This document shows, one piece after another, positions 61,431 through 64,000 of a DNA stretch of 64,000 bases. Made by a program: the position numbers and the translations under genes. The notes beneath the pieces were generated by a model. That model was not told where the DNA came from. It did not search any database and was given only the letters and a program-made list of their open reading frames with translations. The first letter of the stretch is position 1. Each line of letters begins with the position of its first letter. Origin of the DNA: Eubacteriales bacterium (GTDB lineage: Bacteria > Bacillota > Clostridia > Oscillospirales > CAG-382). The DNA is taken from assembly GCA_045539625.1 (NCBI GenBank), contig JAZQFS010000042.1, positions 171 through 64,170 on the forward strand, in the 5' to 3' direction.

Positions 61431-62411
61431 TTACTGCTGCTGTACAGGATTCTGAGGCTGTACGGGAGCCTGAGGTGCCTGAGGCTGTGCAGGCTGCTGG
61501 GGTGCCTGATACTGAGGCTGTGCAGGCTGCTGATACTGAGGCTGTACGGGCTGCTGATACTGAGGCTGCACAGGCTGCTGGTACTGAGGCTGTACGGGCT
61601 GCTGGTACTGAGGCTGTACAGGCTGCTGATACTGAGGCTGTACACGAACCTTCTTTACAGGCTTGGGAAGCTTATAAAATGATGCCTTATAAAGTCCTTG
61701 GAAAATAGGAAGGAAAACAAAGCAAACAATTGTAAACAAAAGTGAAATAATGCCGAAAATTCCGCCAACAAAGGGAATACGACCTGTTGCACCTGCAAGT
61801 GCGCCGAGAATAAGTCCTGCAAAGAACACAGCTGCATTGCAAACAAGGTCTGCAAGCCACATATGAAGAATCTTGCCGTTTGTCATCTTCATAGAAATAC
61901 GAAGAGCCTCTGTAGCATTTACTTCGGGCTGTGTCATAAGCACATAGGGAACAAATTCATAAGAATAGTTCTTATATACCACAAGAACAATGGAAGCAAG
62001 GGCACACACAACCGTTACAAAAATAGCAAGAGCTGTACCCATTCCGAAGGGAAGCCATCCGAAGAGAAGGCTGATTACAAGTCCCACTACAATTGATGCA
62101 CCTATACCTGCAAGGGTCCAGATAACAGACCAAAGCTGGCGCCAAGCCATACCGCCTGCAACTCTGAAGAACTTCTTTGTTCCTTCAAAAAGCTGGTCAG
62201 CAAAAACTTCCTTGCCGTCAAGTCCATCAAGGTATACCTTAGCCATACCTGCGGTGATTACAAGTGAAAATGCTGTTCCCACAATTCCTACGGGGAAGGT
62301 TACGATTGATGCTATTGCACAGATTAAAGTGCTGAGCAGTGAAAGACCAAGAAGTCTTAAAGGCTTTTTGGCAAGAACGGAAAATGCCATAGAGTACGCT
62401 TTGATAAACAT
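61431..62411 (-). CDS. polytopic membrane protein with a C-terminal Pro/Gln/Tyr-rich repeat tail
   Basis: About 6 TM segments, then VRVQPQYQQPVQPQYQQPVQPQYQQPVQPQYQQPVQPQYQQPAQPQYQAPQQPAQPQAPQAPVQPQNPVQQQ. Confidence 0.7.
   Translation of the reverse strand: MFIKAYSMAFSVLAKKPLRLLGLSLLSTLICAIASIVTFPVGIVGTAFSLVITAGMAKVYLDGLDGKEVFADQLFEGTKKFFRVAGGMAWRQLWSVIWTLAGIGASIVVGLVISLLFGWLPFGMGTALAIFVTVVCALASIVLVVYKNYSYEFVPYVLMTQPEVNATEALRISMKMTNGKILHMWLADLVCNAAVFFAGLILGALAGATGRIPFVGGIFGIISLLFTIVCFVFLPIFQGLYKASFYKLPKPVKKVRVQPQYQQPVQPQYQQPVQPQYQQPVQPQYQQPVQPQYQQPAQPQYQAPQQPAQPQAPQAPVQPQNPVQQQ
61445..61645 (-). repeat. 24-nt coding tandem repeat (unit ACTGAGGCTGTRCRGGCTGCTGRT on the + strand; QPQYQQPV on the coding strand)
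   Basis: Five near-perfect units at 61511-61630, plus degenerate units on both sides. Confidence 0.8.
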
Positions 62412-62516
62412 AAAAATATCTCCTTAATAAATATTAGCTGTACGCTTACAATTATATTAACACACTAACACAAAAATGTCAACCGATTTTAGTTATTTTA
62501 TGACAAAATACGACAA

Positions 62517-62999
62517 TTATTTATGGTACTTCTCCCCTGCATTTATGGTAAACGCTCTGTAAATCTGCTCACACAGCATTACCCCGAAAAGTCCGTGTGC
62601 AAAGGTCATGGGCGAAAAAGAAAGCCTTAAGTCACACGCCTTCTTTACACTCTCGGAAAGTCCGTGAGACGAGCCTACGACAAAAACAATCTCGCTTCTT
62701 CCCATATTTGCCGACTTTTCAAAAAGGTCTGCAAACTGTTCGCTTGACATGGTTTTTCCTTCTACGCACATGGCAATTTTATAAGCACCTCCCGTAAGAT
62801 ACGGCAAAACAAGCTTTGCCTCCTTTTCAAGTGCTGTGTTAATTTCATTCCCAGTAGGATTATCGGGAATATTTTCGGGCTTGAGCACCTTTTCCGAAAA
62901 TTTTGCATATTTGCCGATACGTTTTATATACTCATCCATTCCACGTCTGAAATACTCATCCTTCTGCTGTCCGAAGTACAGGTAGGTTATACTAAGCAT
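62517..62999 (-). CDS. rlmH: 23S rRNA (pseudouridine1915-N3)-methyltransferase RlmH
   Basis: SPOUT-type ~160-aa protein: ...YIKRIGKYAKFSEKVLKPE...GKTMSSEQFADLF...EIVFVVGSSHGLSESVKKACDLRLSFSPMTFAHGLFGVMLCEQIYRAFTI. ATG at 62999 with AAGGAG RBS. Confidence 0.85.
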   Translation of the reverse strand: MLSITYLYFGQQKDEYFRRGMDEYIKRIGKYAKFSEKVLKPENIPDNPTGNEINTALEKEAKLVLPYLTGGAYKIAMCVEGKTMSSEQFADLFEKSANMGRSEIVFVVGSSHGLSESVKKACDLRLSFSPMTFAHGLFGVMLCEQIYRAFTINAGEKYHK

Positions 63000-63057
63000 T
63001 TTTACTCCTTTTCCCGGCTTAATGTTCAAGATAGTTCAATCTTTACATTTCCCGCTA

Positions 63058-63086
63058 TTGACTTATAATTAAAAATGTGGTAGACT
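63058..63086 (+). promoter_or_regulatory. candidate promoter for kdgK
   Basis: TTGACT (63058-63063), 17-nt spacer, TGgTAGACT (-10 at 63081-63086). Confidence 0.4.
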
Positions 63087-63215
63087 AAAAATGATATTGA
63101 GGGAAGTTTGTGTTATTTTACTGTTTTTTACATTATACCACCAAAAACAACGTAATGCAACCACCCCACAAAAAAATCATAATTTATTGCCAAAACGGCA
63201 GAAAGGGATATAAAA

Positions 63216-64000
63216 ATGAAAGCAGTATGCTTCGGCGAAATCATGTTAAGACTTACACCCAACCTTTACGACAGATTTGTGCAGACCGAAAAATTCTGTG
63301 CAAGCTTTGGCGGCGGCGAAGCCAATGTTTCCGTTTCACTTCAGAATTACGGAATTGACTCCTCCTTTGTAACAAAGCTTCCCACCCACGAAATCGGTCA
63401 GATGGCAGTTAACAGTCTTCGCAAATACGGCGTTGACACAAGCGATATAGCAAGAGGCGGCGAAAGAGTGGGAATATACTACCTTGAAAAGGGTGCTTCC
63501 GTTCGCGGATCAAAGGTTGTATATGACAGAGCTCATTCTTCAATTGCAACAGCTGCAAAGGAAGACTTCGACTGGAACGCTATCCTTGACGGTGCTGATT
63601 GGTTCCACTTTACAGGTATTACTCCCGCTCTCGGCGACAATGTTGCAGAAATTACTCTTGAAGCTTTAAAGGCTGCAAAGGAAAAGGGAATCACCGTTTC
63701 CTGCGACCTCAACTACAGAAAGAAGCTGTGGAGCAAGGAAAAGGCAAGAGAAGTTATGGCAACACTTATGCCCTATGTTGACGTTTGCATTGCCAACGAA
63801 GAGGACGCTGACGACGTATTCGGCATCAAGGCTGAGGGCACAGACGTAAATGCAGGTAAGCTCAACCACGAAGGCTACAAGAGCGTTGCAAAGCAGCTCG
63901 CCGACAGATTTGGCTTCAAGTATGTTGCAATCACTCTTCGTGAAAGCATCAGTGCCAACGACAACAACTGGGGTGCTATGCTCTACGACGGCACAGACTA
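63216..64000 (+). CDS. kdgK: 2-dehydro-3-deoxygluconokinase-type PfkB sugar kinase; 3' end beyond the window
   Basis: MKAVCFGEIMLRLTPNLYDRFVQTEKFCASFGGGEANVSVSLQNYGIDSSFVTKLPTHEIGQ...VYDRAHSSIA...DWFHFTGITPAL is the typical KdgK N-terminal pattern. The ORF is open to the window end. Confidence 0.75.
   Translation, partial: MKAVCFGEIMLRLTPNLYDRFVQTEKFCASFGGGEANVSVSLQNYGIDSSFVTKLPTHEIGQMAVNSLRKYGVDTSDIARGGERVGIYYLEKGASVRGSKVVYDRAHSSIATAAKEDFDWNAILDGADWFHFTGITPALGDNVAEITLEALKAAKEKGITVSCDLNYRKKLWSKEKAREVMATLMPYVDVCIANEEDADDVFGIKAEGTDVNAGKLNHEGYKSVAKQLADRFGFKYVAITLRESISANDNNWGAMLYDGTD

Noticed and set aside
61445-61645. Possible CRISPR array, because of regularly spaced identical 24-nt units.
   Set aside because: The units are directly adjacent with no unique spacers. 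They lie inside an ORF and keep the reading frame. No cas genes are in the window.
61415-61708. + strand ORF encoding an Ala/Val/Glu-rich repeat (…EAVQAADTEAVRAADTEAAQAAGTEAV…).
   Set aside because: It is the antisense reading of the 24-nt coding repeat of the minus-strand membrane protein, which has a terminator, TM domains and continuous coding context.
1-64000. tRNA, rRNA or other structured RNA genes in intergenic regions.
   Set aside because: No cloverleaf-compatible GC-rich 70-90-nt segments and no rRNA-like stretches were seen in any gap. The gaps contain only promoters, hairpin terminators and AT-rich leaders. A tRNAscan/Infernal run would be the formal check.

Overview
This 64-kb window looks like an anaerobic Gram-positive, Clostridia-type genome. 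That call is inference, based on an SLH-anchored surface protein, AGGAGG-type RBSs, and PduL and GGGtGRT genes. Almost all genes are on the minus strand. All coordinates, motif reads and identity counts were done by hand, with no database search or computation.

Layout, left to right:
- 1-5.8 kb: sugar-catabolic module with a class II aldolase (partial), an Fe-S protein, an FAD-linked oxidase, a fucose-isomerase-like protein and a divergent RpiR regulator.
- 5.9-7.2 kb: MATE efflux pump.
- 7.3-29.5 kb: accessory glycan/surface locus. It holds three families of large secreted modular proteins (726-codon pseudogene, 747 aa, 1603 aa with SLH and a GH99-like/WbsX-like domain, 1856 aa with an SGNH domain). 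It also holds a cytoplasmic GH99-like enzyme, two AraC regulators, two paralogous 40-codon small ORFs, an MBL-fold protein, a SLOG/YpsA-like protein and an XRE regulator.
- 29.7-30.4 kb: recombination scar made of an integrase stub, a hairpin, and a chimeric MBL-5'/GGGtGRT-3' pseudogene.
- 30.5-53.8 kb: a 20-gene co-directional Wzx/Wzy-type exopolysaccharide operon, visibly more AT-rich by eye (not computed). It carries its own c-di-GMP module: one intact GGDEF cyclase, two EAL proteins, and a chain-length-determinant (PCP/Wzz) protein fused to a degenerate GGDEF domain.
- 54.1-57.3 kb: second integrase stub and hairpin, then a GGGtGRT / NifU-like / PduL / ASRT-like operon.
- 57.5-62.4 kb: OmpR-type two-component system flanked by paralogous small membrane proteins, plus a membrane protein with a PQ-rich tandem repeat.
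- 62.5-64.0 kb: rlmH and kdgK (partial).

I saw no rRNA, tRNA or CRISPR array.

Most interesting observations:
- The PCP-GGDEF* fusion inside a c-di-GMP-wired EPS operon that lacks a BY-kinase.
- 0.5-kb direct repeats and a microhomology-joined chimeric pseudogene bracketing that island.
- A conserved 40-aa small ORF preceding each of two paralogous secreted-protein genes.
- An AraC-like operator (two 16-bp direct repeats, 21-bp phasing) shared by two promoters.
- Two in-frame stop codons about 2 kb apart in a regulator/target pair.
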